A stretch of DNA of 62,249 bases, filler included, from Kipferlia bialata (lineage: Eukaryota): assembly GCA_003568945.1 (NCBI GenBank). It is 4 parts of 3 records of this genome, joined end to end, with 100 filler letters (N's around TTAATTAATTAA, not from the genome) between each part and the next. Parts side by side here need not be neighbours in the genome. Positions count along the whole stretch, not along the records: positions 48,546 to 62,249 come from BDIP01000205.1; 3 more parts are not named here. One strand, given 5' to 3'. The position numbers were made by a program, and so were the translations under genes. The notes beneath the pieces were generated by a model. It did not search any database and was not told where the DNA came from. It saw nothing but the letters and a program-made list of their open reading frames with translations. This document shows, one piece after another, positions 49,207 through 62,192 of the stretch; position 1 is the stretch's first letter, and each line of letters starts with the position of its first letter.

Positions 49207-52200
49207 ATGGACCTGTCCGATGCGCTGTCTGTGACTGTGCCCATGTACCAGCAGGTGTATGATCTGTCCCTTCCCCCCCAGGACCGGCTGTCTGTGCTGT
49301 CCGCCCTGGTCTCATCAGAGGCCTTCACTTGGCTGCTGGACTCCCTAGGTGCCCAGGGCGAAAGGGACCTCTGTCTCTTCTATATGATCAGGTATCACGA
49401 TTCATTGCATTGGTTAATCTTTGAGTCACTTCGTGACACTACCTTCGATCCACTTTGTGAGGATGATTGAGTAGCGTTAGAACCTATCTTGAGATGGGAA
49501 CGGGAAGGGGGGAGGGGGGCCTCTACGCACTCTACCATCTCTGCCTCGCCTCACCCTCAGACTGAGTGGGCTGACCAGCCTCGTGAGTGCCTCTGCCGTC
49601 GGTGCTCCCAGACCTGTGTCCTGTACTTACAGGCTGGCGCACTGGGTGGGTGGCCGCTCTTATCTATATGCATATCTGTATATGTATTTATATATATATA
49701 TGTGTGTGTATTGTAACTAGTAGTGTGTGCCTGGTTCTCCACATCTATCGTCGTGTTTGCAGGCATTGGGTCATTGTACTGGTTGGATTTCATTGTACCC
49801 CTAGTGCTGACCCCAGGCCGAGCTTCTGGCCCCTCCCCTGCACCTGCACTGTCAGAGGGATCAGACAGGTGGGTCTTCATGCTGCTGCCACCCCTCTCCC
49901 CTTTGTGTCTCTCTCTAACCACCAGCTGCCCTCCGGCTATTCATTGCCGGTCCCTCAAAGGCCAAGAGGAAGGGCAGGGGCAGGGGAAAGCCGGGTAAGA
50001 CGAAGAGGGAGGGAGAGGGTCCCAACCCCTACCAGCAGAGTGGTCAGTCTGTGGGTGTATCTATCGGGGCCCTGCTGGCCAAGAAGGTACAATCCTATGC
50101 GGTCTCTCTTCTGTGTCCGTCTGTCACTGTGTTCCCTATGCTTACCCCAGTCTGGCCCCAGGGTCATGCCCAAGAGACTCGCAGCCTCTCCCATCCCCAG
50201 TCAGGTGTCATATCCTCATTCCCATGTATCTGTGTGTATGTCCAAACCCTCTCCATCAGCGTGTTGATCTGTTTACCCCCAGGGCTCCCAGTCTGCCATC
50301 GAGGAAGACACGGAGGGAGAGGGCTCCGTCAGTGATGCCAGCCTCAGCGACCTGTCACTGTCTCTCTCCCCCTCCCCATTCACGACCAAGGGGTCTGTCC
50401 CCGCAGAGACAGGGGACGAAGAGGAAGAGGAGGAGGAGGAGGACAGTATCACCTCCATTCCGTCAGAGGAGGACGGGGTAAGTGCTAGAGTGTACATCCA
50501 GTACTTTGTCTAGATATGTCCGCAGTTACTAGTGTTAATGTCGATGGAAGATGTGTGTCATGTATATGTGACAGGGGTAGGTTGCGTCGTATATCAACTT
50601 GTCATTATCATTGTCTGTTGCTGCAGTATCTGACTCTGCAGGGTGAGTACCAGGGAGAGATGAACAGTGCCGAGGACAGCGAGGATGACGACTATAGAGA
50701 GAAGGAGAGAAAGAGAAAGAAGGCAGAGGCGGCCAAGAAGCCAGTGTATTTCACACTCACAGGGTGGGTAGATGTGTAGCATGTTTCCGCTCTGATCCCT
50801 ATATATGTTCTCCACCTCCTAGGCTCACCCCAGTCCATATGGGTCGGGCAAGGGCTCACTCCTGTCAGCTCTCTGTGCGGACATGGATATATCCCTCATA
50901 GAGGTGGGTTATATGTATGTATATATATGTGTATGTGTGTGCCTATCACTCCTAGGTGGACACTTCATGCTGCGTAATTGCCTGCATCAATGGCCAATAG
51001 ATACAGTGTATCCTCATTGCATACCACCTCATACCACTCATACTCCGACCCCAGGTCAACTCCTCCCAGTTCCGTGGCAGAGGGGTGGCCAAGGCCATTG
51101 CTAGGTCGGTGTCAGTGTTTATGTCTTTCCTATGTATGTAGGTCCCTCACCTTGGGATAGTACTGCATCCAGTGATCATGTATATATCTGGGTCGTCCCC
51201 ACTATTCTCTGTTGGCAGGGTATTTGTAAGAACTAGGCACCCAATATACCCACCCCAGGGCCTGTAGTCAGCACAGTATCGGGTCTCTGCTGGAGACCAA
51301 CCAGATGATGGCCAGCGGCATGATGCCCTCTGGCCTGGGTGGGGCAACAGGTGGGGATCTGATACTGATACTCTGGTAGGGTGGTCCATAGCATAGCGGT
51401 CACTATTGAGTGTGTCTCTTCCTCTCACCTCTCAGAGTCTGTAGATCCCTCCCTGGCTGCTGCCACACGCCACGTCTATCTCGACACAGGTGCGTCATTC
51501 GTATACTATAGTGTCTACATATGTGTTAATACTGTCTATTAGGTCTGTCCACATCTCATCCTCTCCGTGGTGTATTACTAGCCGTATTGATTATAATGCA
51601 TTTGTAAGTGTAACGTGCTTCCGTTGCACTGCGGCGACATATGTCTACATCCGTATGACCGTTTACCTAACCGTTAGGTCTGTCGAGACCCGAGGCACCT
51701 GAGCGGAAGGAGAGGGAGGGGGGCAGGGGAGAGGGCAAGAAGAGACCTGCCTCTCCGGGCAAGGAGAGAGTCGAGGTAGGGGATAAACCTGTATTGTGGT
51801 TATCGGTTCTTTGCACAAGTAGTATTCCGACTCCTGTGCCCCTTGACCCCAGGTAGACTCCCAGGCACAGCTATCCACTCAGACAGCAGGGGCCTTTGCA
51901 TCATTCTTCCAGCCCAGGTGTTTCCTCTGTGTTGTGTTCCACTAGATTTCGCATACATCACTGGATATCAAGAATTCCTAGAGTCTCTTCCAACAAATAG
52001 TGATATAATCTCCTCTCCCACGTACCCCTTACCGCCAGATCTTCTAAGCGTAAGGTGCCCCAGGTTGTAGAGGGGACAGCTGGGCATGTGGTGGATCTGG
52101 AGCCCTCTCCCACCGGACAGGTGGTGGATGTCACGGTGTCTCTCTCCCCAGACGATGTGAAGCCTGACCCTGTTGGCACTGTGACTGTCGGCAGGGGGGT

Positions 52201-55200
52201 GGGGGTCTCTAGTAGCCAGGGAGATCAGGAGTGCCCTGTGGATATAGAGAGGTCGGACTCTCTCTCAATCTGTCTCTCCCCCTCTCCCTCCCCCTCTCCC
52301 TCCCCCTCTCCGTACCCTGTGTCCTTTGGTGATGAGGTGGACGTGGCCAGTGGTGATGAGGCAGGCAAGGGTAGGGGCACCCGCATGTCCCAGGGTGCAT
52401 CCCCCCTCCCCTCCCCTCCCTCATGTGCCTTTCTGTCCCCAGAACCCCTAAAGGAGGCCAGAGAGGGTTCTGTGTCTGCCAGGAGGGGTGCCCCCACTTC
52501 CCCAGGTGCCAAGGGTCAGGCGGACGATGACATCAGGTACATGCATGTGTATATGTTCTTTGTTGTGTGGACGTATGCGAGCTGTTATCTTATGGTGGAG
52601 TCCCTCTCTCCGTCATATCATTCTCACCCAGCTTTGATGACCTTCCCCCTGAGACCCCTAGCACTGTATCCACTCGCACTCCAGCCCTGAAGAAGGGCAG
52701 AGGCAGTCCCAAGAAGGGCGGGGTGTCATTCGCAGCCTCCACAGGCACTCCTAGGTATGTATGTGTATATATACACCCAGACAAGGAGCGGCATCTACAC
52801 ACATATATTGGTCGTCGGTGCTCATATTGGTTCTCTCTGACAAGGAAACAGTGTTCTGATCGTCCTGTCTAGATGTATGTGCAGTGTATATGTCCCCTCG
52901 TCCCTGACCCCAGTGCCGGTGCCTTCTCTCTGCTGATGGGCTCTGCCAAGAAGAGGAGACCCAGGTATGTAGATATACATATACTTATATATGTAGCTAG
53001 ATATGTGGTATGGCTCTCAATGTCCTCGTTGGTGTGTATTTCTTCAATACTACTCTCACCTGTTCTCATTTCCAGTGTCAAGAAGGGAGCAGCAAAGGGA
53101 ACCAAGAGACGCCCCAAGGTATGGGGATCGATTCTACGTACATTTTTACACCTGTGCGATAATTTCCGCTTCTTCTGAGCAAACATGAGTGTCCCAGTAT
53201 CACTATTGGTCTGTCCGCACATAGAGGAGTCCTCTGACCTGATTGTATCTGTCTACGTCTAACCCTAGGCAGTTAAGGCCGATGCGACTGTCGACGCCGT
53301 GTCTCTTCTGTTTGACAAGGGGTACGTGCATATGTCCATGCGCAGCGTTGTATCCATTGTCGTGACATTTTATATCTTAATGTATATGAGGGTACTGACT
53401 GAATCAGGGGTAGAGAGCGCAAGGCGAGAGAGGCGAGGGAGACGAGGGAGAGAGAGAGGCGGGAGAGAAGGGCCAAGGCTGACAAGGCCAAGGTGGACGG
53501 CGCCCTCCTCAGCCTCAGACAGCAGCAGAGGAAGAAGGGTGCGGGTAATACACAATATTGCATCAATTTCACTCATGAGTACTCTCCTGATGGAAGATCC
53601 AGCCCACATGACTGATTGAAGTAGTACCATATCCTTTCCCGTCCCTCCCCACCTGACCCCAGCGGCGTCCCTAGGTGTGAGTGCTCCCACCACAGTGGGC
53701 ACCAAGAGGGGGTGCCCCCCACCCGAGGTGGACGTGAGCGACGCCTCCGACTGGGCTCTGGAGATGTCCGAGGGAGAGGCAGAGGTGAGTGCGCTGGTGT
53801 CCCTTTAAATGTATATATCAATTGTTTATGCACCTGCAACCATTCTTCTACTAAATCCTTCATTTTTCTTTACCCCAGGGTTCTATATCCTTGTCTCGTT
53901 CTGTCTCCCCGACTAAGAAGTCTGCATCCAAGCCCAAGCCTAAGGCTAAGGTAGAGACTACCCGTACAGTTCGGCCCTCCTCAGCTGCCCAGACACAGGG
54001 CACAGCCACTGCACCCATAGACGCCACAACCCTCCTGGGGAAGGGATTTGCCAAGCAGAGGCTGGTCAAGAAGAGAGGGAGAGCATCGTCAGCAGGGCCT
54101 AGCAAGGGAGCTGGGTCTAGGAAGGGAAAGAGGGAGACAGGAAGGGAGAGACAGGAGAAGGCTCCGTCCTCTGTGCCCTCTGGCGCCAAGGAGTTCTTCA
54201 GCAGCAAGAACAGGTATGGACACAGCTCTGCTGGCATATGTGTGTGTGTGGGGGTCTCTATACACAATATATATAAGTAATCATTATACATCCAATTATG
54301 ACTAGCACTAGCCATTCTCCTTGTTGTTGTTGTGTGGACCATCTGATCATCTTCCTGACACGATAGACTCGTATATACGGATGTGTAAATACATTTATAT
54401 ATCCCCGACAGATACCTGCTGAGAACAGGTCCAAACGTGTGCAGAGTAGTAGCCGCAGTGTCGTGGCCCTGAGTGATGGGGACGTTATACTGTGTGAGGA
54501 TCGAGGTGAGTCGCTCTGTGTATATGACTGTGTATGTGTCTATTGCTGTGTCTGTCGGGTATGTGTGTCTTGTGTCTCTTCCATGGTGTATGGGTGGTTG
54601 GAAGAGAGGTGGTTGCAATGACTATATCCCAACCCTCATTGCAAGGCTTCTTGTCTGGCTGTAACTCCGGCATCATTGGGAGTAAGCGCCCAGTTGTGGT
54701 GCTCTCTGCCATGCACTCACACGAGAGGGACAGGTCAGTGTCAGTGTGTCAACATATGTATATGGGCGTGTGGTTGTGTGTGTGCCTTCTCCCTGGGTCC
54801 TGTCCACTCTGGGAGTCTCTGTCTTGCCTCACCCCAGGACCAGTGTCAGGGCCCATGCCCCATCCTCAGAGTTCAGATTCACAGACGAACTCACAGAAAG
54901 GTACCTTTGTGTTCTCTTAGTATTGATGGACAATACACTTTTGGATAGAATGGTACTGTGTGTCAGCGTTGTTTCCAGCTCAACCCTTTGGCCAATCCAT
55001 CTGTGTTGGGTGGATATTCATTTGTCATGCTGACCCAGGACTAGCAACACCCGCTACACCAACGTCATCAGCCAGCCGGTCAATGCTACATCTAAGGTGA
55101 GTGAGTGGCCTTTGACAGATGAAAATATTTATTTGTATATGATGTGTACGTACTGTACACTTATTGTTTACAGTGTAGCCTGCTCTCACTGCCAGCTGTC

Positions 55201-58200
55201 GAACTCCTCTCTGGGTGTGGGTGCCAATGCATGTCTGCTCTCCGTTACATGTCTGGCTGGGGCTGACAGGTATGGGTGTATCTATACGTATTTCGGTCCA
55301 CCTTTACATGACCTACCCCCAGCCCCACGTGTTCCTTCCCTCTCTCCAATGAGATTCCACTGCACAGACACATGACACCGGTCCCAAGGTATGTTTGATG
55401 TGTCTATGCCGCTGATATACATGTGATTATGTATTTGTTTATACAGTGAAGGACTGCAATTTCACTTGGTTCTTAACTAATGATATTAGACATAATGTGA
55501 TATCGTTTCTTGGCGTCTGACTCCGAAGGACTATCCCTGCAGCCCTGTCTCTGTCTCTCTCCCCCTACCCCTGTATGGCACGGGCCCTACACCGGCAGAG
55601 CTGGCTCTACCACAGTGGCGGTATCAACCTCAGGAGGTGGGTCCATGTGCCACATACCATGGGCCACATACTTCGTATCGCTATATCGTATATCCAATCG
55701 TCTGCATACCCTCCGCCCGTCGTGTGACTTCTCCTCCTGTATGATACCAATACTGATACTGGTACTGACTCTCTTAGGATGTGTGAGCAGGCACAGCTCG
55801 ATCTATACTTGGGGACACAGGGGGTGCGATCCCAACCAGACGACATATTCTCCATGTCCCCTGCAACCTCTGCTCTACTTGCAGCAGAGGGGGTTGGAGC
55901 AGACGTCTCTGTCTCAGCATCTGTCTCAGCAGACAGGCCAACAGTCGGCGGGGAGAGAGAGAGGCAGTGGGTGGGATGTATGTCCCATCTGGAGGCCGAC
56001 CTCTCCCAGGGGTCAGTCTCCCCTTTCAGGTTGATGCTGGTGATACTCACTGCCGTCTTGACTATTCTGGCCCCTCTCTCTGTCCTGATATAATCAGCAT
56101 CCTCACCTCCCTCCCACCCCAGGCCCCTTGCTGCTCTGTACTCCGACGTGTGTGTCAGACCTAGCCCCGTGGACAGAGAGAGAGAGAGAAAGGGAGGGGA
56201 AGCAGCTGACGCCTCCCTGGCGGCTCTATTCTGTAGGTATGGACTCTTCCACTCACGGTGACGTCACTGGTGTTGGTGTCCCAAGATACGATACAGCAAC
56301 AGTGCTCTTCTCTGACTGCCAGGCTCAACACCTTGAGTGACATCGACCGTGTGTCCTCCAGGTCCCTCTCTGTGTGCCCCTCTGCCTCCCCTTCCCCTGC
56401 CTTGCCGCCCTTGTTCTACCAGATGCACATGCAGCAGAGGGCACCGGCAGCATCGGTGTCAGCATCTAGCAGGGCCGGCCATGGTGTGACAGGGTGTGGG
56501 TTCCAGGAACCTTGGTCCCACTCCAATGGGTCAGATGGGTCAGACGGACAGGGACCGGAGGAGAGGGCCTGGGAGGGGCTCTCGCATCCTACCACTCACC
56601 CTAGACCGGCACAGACGGCTACAGGACAGAATGGCAGGGGTGCCTGGAGGTATGCGTGCACACTGAGTACTGTCTATATCCTCTCCTTCTCATGCCACCA
56701 TTTCCTGATGTCTATATGAAACTGGCTGCATGTTGGATTATATTTTTGTGCTATTGCTCTCTGGACTGATATGTAGGACGCGTGTCTCCGACAGTGCTGC
56801 AGACACTGCTCCTGTACCTACCGACCCAGACATGTATGACGCCCCCCACGACTCTGCCCTGTGCACCCACCTGGACACGGCACTCAGGCAGGGCAGCAAC
56901 AGAAGGTGGGGGGGATACCCATATATGCATTCACATGCTTACAGATGAGGCAGAGTGCCGGAAGAGTGATTCATCAATACACTCCGTATTTATGGATGGC
57001 TTGGTCCTTTTGAAGCATCTATCCCACCCCAGATACTGCACCGACCTCATGGTGGCCCATCATTCCCAGAGGTTATCCCCCATAGGCAACAACGTCTCCA
57101 GGTGGGTCTCGGTTTGTAGGGCTAACACCATTGAACTGTAGACGCATATGTATGCATACATGTATAATTGTATGGTGTATTATGGCTATTCTAAGACCTG
57201 TTCTCCGTATCCTCTACCCCCAGACTTCCTGAGCGCCTCCTGGCCCTATCCATGGCTGCCGGTGTCACGTATGGCATGCCGACAGGCAGGTATGGGCAGG
57301 GGGGAGTGGTGGTATTGGAGGCCAGAATCTATGGTCGTTATATATAGTGCTCCAACTGCTTAGAACACCGTCCTCATTTCAGGCGACCTTCATCGTCCAG
57401 GGGTAAGAGGGAGAGAGAGAGGATGCGTCTCATTGCCTGGGAGGCGCGGAGAAAGGCAGCCAGAGATGGAGAGGTATGTATCCATACCATAGTATATATA
57501 TATGTGTTTGTGTGTATGTATAGTGTGTATTGTGTCAGGAATGGTACAACTGATAGGTGTTCGTTGCTTCAGCTGAAGTCTCCGAGCCGCTGACCCCCAG
57601 TCCGTGGCATGTCCGTCCTCGGCCGATGACTTCTATGGGTGTCCTGCCCCCTGTCTGGAGGGGGTGCCTCTGGACGATATCGACAGGTCAGAGCCCGCTG
57701 AAGGATGTGTGCATATGTGTACATTCAGCTAGATGGTGTCTGGTCCCCTTCCTGCCATATCCCCTCACTCTAGGTTCAATGCCATCTGGCCATACTCGGT
57801 CAGAAGACATGCGGATAGGAGGTGGGTTCTCGGCAGATGTGTGTCTCATGTCCCAACAGATCACACCTTCTGATGCGTCTATATGTGCTATGCAGATCAA
57901 TTACCACCCGTCTCTTCTCTCATCTCACTTCAGGGACTACTCCCATCCAACTATGTCCAACGGCCTCATCCAGTTCCGTAAGAACGAGGTTGGTGCCTTC
58001 TATTCAGCTCTATATTGTCATACGTCTCTGATGACTTCTATTCCACCAACCTCCAGGTAGCCCATATGTTTTCCAAGATCAAGAATGCCGAGAAGGTGTG
58101 TTATTTCACTGTAGTATCGGAACACTGTATGTATATATCCTATTAAAGTGTTTGGGGTCATGAGTGTCACTGCATTACCATTGTTGCCCTACCCTCTCTT

Positions 58201-58676
58201 TCCTCTCACTGCAGACTGCTCAGCTGAGGAGTGAGGTGTCCAGTCTCTTTGGGCTGGATGAGAAGCACCAAGGGGATACTGAGGATTCCTCCAAGAGAGA
58301 GTCTTCTGCAGTGGGTGCGGTGCCTGACCTGCCAGCAGATGCAGACGCCATGGTGGGTGCTGACTCTGATGAAGCTATGACCCGTCAGCATGTCAGGGGA
58401 GGTCGGCCGATGCTTGTGCGACCCAAGAGAGGGGTCAGGGGTGCAAGGAGGCGGCCTGTGGTTGAGGATCCCATCGAGTCTTGTTCAGAACCGGAGGAGG
58501 GGGAGAGGGAGAGAGAGTTCTCCGACGACCCCATCTCTGACCCCCACTCTGAGTCCTCTGAGTCTGTCGACGCAGAGGTATACGCAGGGGGTGTCATTGA
58601 GGGCGATGACAGGGAAGAGACTGAGGCTGAGACTGGGACACAGGAGGACATGGACAGTCTCTTTGCCAACATGTAG
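49207..58676 (+). CDS. ATAD5: ATAD5/Elg1-like alternative RFC large subunit (PCNA unloader), many exons; start and 3' extent uncertain
   Basis: YFTLTG|AHPSPYGSGKGSLLSALCADMDISLIE|VNSSQFRGRG..ACSQHSI aligns with the ATAD5 Walker A/EVNASSQRSG..ATQSH region. SVVALSDGDVILCEDR|GFLSGCNSGIIGSKRPVVVLS aligns with SLILFEEVDVIFDEDAGFL..TKRPVILT. Confidence 0.7.
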
Positions 58677-59466
58677 TTTATGATTGGAGCTTCCGACTCC
58701 TCTGTCTTGCCAAATAGAGTGGATAGATACCTCAGTTCTCATACAGTCAGTATCCTCCATCTTGTCACATTATGGAGGATCATGCTGTATGATTCATACA
58801 TTCATTCTGGTGTCACAAGGGCCTGTGACAATGCTGACTTAGCCACTGCGCTAGAGAGAGCCTCTGGGCCAGACTCTGGCTGATAGGGTATGGAGCACTA
58901 TGATGATACTAAGAAGGAGGACTCCTTCAAGGGCGAAGTACCCAAGAGTGGTAGTACCCTTCAGTTTAGGTGCAAACCCAGCCATTCTGAGGCAGTGGCA
59001 CTTGCATACAGCACAACAACTCCTGGAGACTATATTATATAAGGCCGGTATATATTTTATATACTGGCCTTCTGGTGGAAAAATGTCTGATCAATCATCC
59101 GCGGTCTACTGACGGTGGAGCAATACAAAGTGTGTAATCAAACCACTGTACTGCTAGTACTCACTGACTGAGTGAGTCACTGAGTGAGTCCCTCAAGATT
59201 CTTGACTCAATAACTGTTGAGTCGGAAGAACTGACTAGGGCAACATTGATGGAGGGACTGCTCGACACGTTGAAGCTGTACGAGCCTGGTACAAGCAGGG
59301 CAAATTCAAAAGAAAGTCAACTAATGCAATTTCAGACCCATGTGCTTTATTGTGTAGTCTTACTCTATGACTCGTAGCTTCTGAAGCACGCTATATGATC
59401 TGATACGAACACCACCAACATCCATACCCTGAATCAGGGTCCCTGATCAGCAGGCACAGAGAAAGC

Positions 59467-59487
59467 CACCGGAATCCGGTGACCGGA
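59467..59487. promoter_or_regulatory. Overlapping double palindrome, second copy of the 842-863 motif
   Basis: CACCGGA-A-TCCGGTG overlaps TCCGGT-G-ACCGGA. Confidence 0.35.
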
Positions 59488-59810
59488 GACGTCTTATCAC
59501 AGGAAGGAAAGAGAGTCCCGAATTTAGTGATTCCTTCCGTCTTCACTGATGAACGCTCCGAACTTCGGACCGAAGTGTGAATTTGTGTATAGCGGTGGGC
59601 CAAGTAGTATGAATACAGTTTGCAATTTACAATATAACTGTGACAGCTAATGAAACCGTTGAAAGTACATTAGTATCAGGCGTAGATACCATCTAAGCCC
59701 TAAACTCTAGGGCATCCACAACCGACTTGCTTTCAAAGACATAGTACACAAATGTTCCATTTCCACGAATTGTATGGCTAATATGCACTGTGTATTAGAC
59801 ACACAACAAA

Positions 59811-60522
59811 TCACTCACACGCGAGTGACTTGTACAGAACACCATCGCGAATGAGCTCGTCTGCCCCAGCCTCCAGGACTTCTCTAGACAGGAAGTACTG
59901 GGAATACAACACGACCATCCACTCAGCCCTGCCACTCCAAACGTCAGGTCCACGCCATACCTCAGACAGGTCGTACATCTTCATCACAATGAGGAGCTGC
60001 TCCTGCAGATAGGAAACACATCAAGAAGGGCATCATACATATCCCAATAGATATCGTACCCTGGTGAGATACCCCAGGTTCATCAGGCTCTTGTACATCA
60101 TGGCAAAGAACCCCCTGAGGTAAGAGAGCAAATACAAGTGTTCGGAGTAACACGAATACCTCCACACACACAGAGCCACCGCACCTCATTCCATACACTA
60201 GGACAAGCTCGTCAGCCACGTCTTTCATGATGTTGATAGACCTGTTGAGAGCAGCTATGAGAGCTTTATCCCCCCTGTCAAACAGGCACGGCAAGTCATC
60301 AACATGGATCGAAGTCAGCAAGATCCTGGGATAAACACAGTCACTCTCACATTCACCCGTACTGTACTCATACACAAGAACTGAAGCAAACAAACATACT
60401 CACCCCCTGGCAAGCCATCCTCGCTGGTACTTGAACACATCCTCCGCAGTCATCATCCTACCATCCAGAGCAAGAGGTGCTGTCCCTGCTATCTCACTGT
60501 CAGAGTCGTACTCTTGACCCAT
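59811..60522 (-). CDS. Hypothetical protein (~170 aa, 4 exons)
   Basis: MGQEYDSDSE..WLARG|ILLTSIHVDDL..YGMR|GFFAMMYKSL..LTR|EQLLIVMK..SLACE-TGA. Three GT-AG introns keep the frame; no domain recognised. Confidence 0.65.
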
Positions 60523-60989
60523 ACCCTTGCTTTGTTAGAGAGGCTCTACCAACTGAGTCATCGATACTGACCAGGAAAGAAATCGGATTTTCCCACTATT
60601 TCAAAAACAATGTTTTTGCTATTGGTGTGTAATGACACCATGACCCTTTGACTCAATGGAGATATTCAACGATGTAGAGAATCTCTGACACTCTTGAAGA
60701 ATAGGAAGGCCAGGGTCTCTGGTCCAGAGGTAGAGACAGTTATCCGATCCAACATCAGGTATCAACAGATAGGCAGACAAGTCCTATGAATATGCCCAAT
60801 TCAGAATTGGGCAGTATACTCCACAAGTTCCTGCATAATGTAAACAGTAGACAACGAATGATGCATACACCTAAGGACCTAACCAGTCAAAACAATAGGA
60901 TGCCACTATGCCAATACAATCTATTCTTCCACCTCAATCATAGCACCCCAGTATTTCATATGCCAGGTATGCTAAGCCCCACATACCTC

Positions 60990-62192
60990 CTAGGAGAAGT
61001 ACACGATAGGCTTGCCTGATCGTCAGTACCAATGTCACATCATACCACACTATCCCTATTGACACATATGATATATACTATTAATGAATACCTGGGATGG
61101 CAAGGTGTGCGTTCTTGTCCTCGGGACCGGGCTCTCCCTCACCACTCACGTACACTGTGACAGACTCGACCTGGGAGTCAGCTGGAGGGGTGGCAGACAG
61201 AATGGGACAGGGTTATATATATACATATATATACATCTAGTCTTATAACCACTGAACCCGATGGAGAGAGAAGAGGGAGTGAAAGAGGAGAACGTGCCTG
61301 GATGGTGCTCTTGAGGTAGTCCTCGTACTGCCTCAGTACATCAGCCTCATCGAACCTGAGGGTAAGGGTAAGGGTAAACAAACATCGCACATAACACACA
61401 CAGTCACATCACAACACCCGTACCCAAAGGTGGAGGCAAGAGCACTGACGCCCTCAGACTCAGCGAGCCTCCTCTTCTCAGCAGCAAAGGCCATACCCTG
61501 AAATGAGTGGATGCGGGAGACACATCATATATATAGTACAGCCCTCCTATGAGCATCACTACTACACTCGAGTCCATGTAGTACCTTCTTCATCCTCATC
61601 TTGGGGAACCTCTCGTCCACCCCTGCGATGGCCTTGACTGTCTTCATCACATCAGCAGTCCAGGTCTGGGGTGAGACAGGTCCTAGTGGCTATGTCTATA
61701 CTGATGACTGATTAGGGTCATTGATTCCACCACCCTCCACCAGTATATGCCCAAGCATACCTTGGTCTCAGCATCAAAGACAGAGGCCAGGGTCTCCAGG
61801 ATGGCAGTCTGCCAGGGGGCCCAGTTCCTACATGTCAGACACATTGGAGGAGAATACACAAATACTTATACTTATAGATGTATATAGTACTGCCAAGGGA
61901 CCCAGTTCCTGTGCATCAGAGATATATGGGATGCAGGGTACATCACAAGGGTGCTTAGAAGAAGGATAAGTACATTTCAGTGTCCTGACCACTGCAGTGT
62001 CATACCTGGCCACGTATATCCTGGCGTGGTTCACCTCGGATGGCTGGGCAGGGGCGGGGGCCTTCTTGCCCTTCTTGCCCTGAGGTGAGGGGGGGGGGGA
62101 GAGAGAGAGAGAGGTCACCGCACCTTCTGCTGGGCTGGGAATCTAGCCTGGTGGGCCCTGATCCTGAAGACCTGGGCACCCTCGCACACATA
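60990..62192 (-). CDS. LARS: Cytosolic leucyl-tRNA synthetase, C-terminal domain exons (gene continues beyond window end)
   Basis: KGKKGKK..ARIYVAR|NWAPWQTAILETL..FD..MKK|GMAFAA..GVSAL..FDEADVL..YLKSTI..AIP|GKPIVYFS-TAG matches the eukaryotic LeuRS C-terminus (IYVA..PxWQ..FDE..VL..PGKP). Confidence 0.85.

Noticed and set aside
50950..51075. Possible older acceptor echo in the ATAD5 intron (TAGGTGGACACTTC versus CAGGTCAACTCCTC)
   Set aside because: Similarity too low to separate from chance by eye.
59404..59580. U-box-like peptide NPVTGDVLS..VPNLVI on the plus strand
   Set aside because: The N-terminal half of the domain and a convincing start or splice path are missing; the match overlaps the palindromic motif and may be chance.
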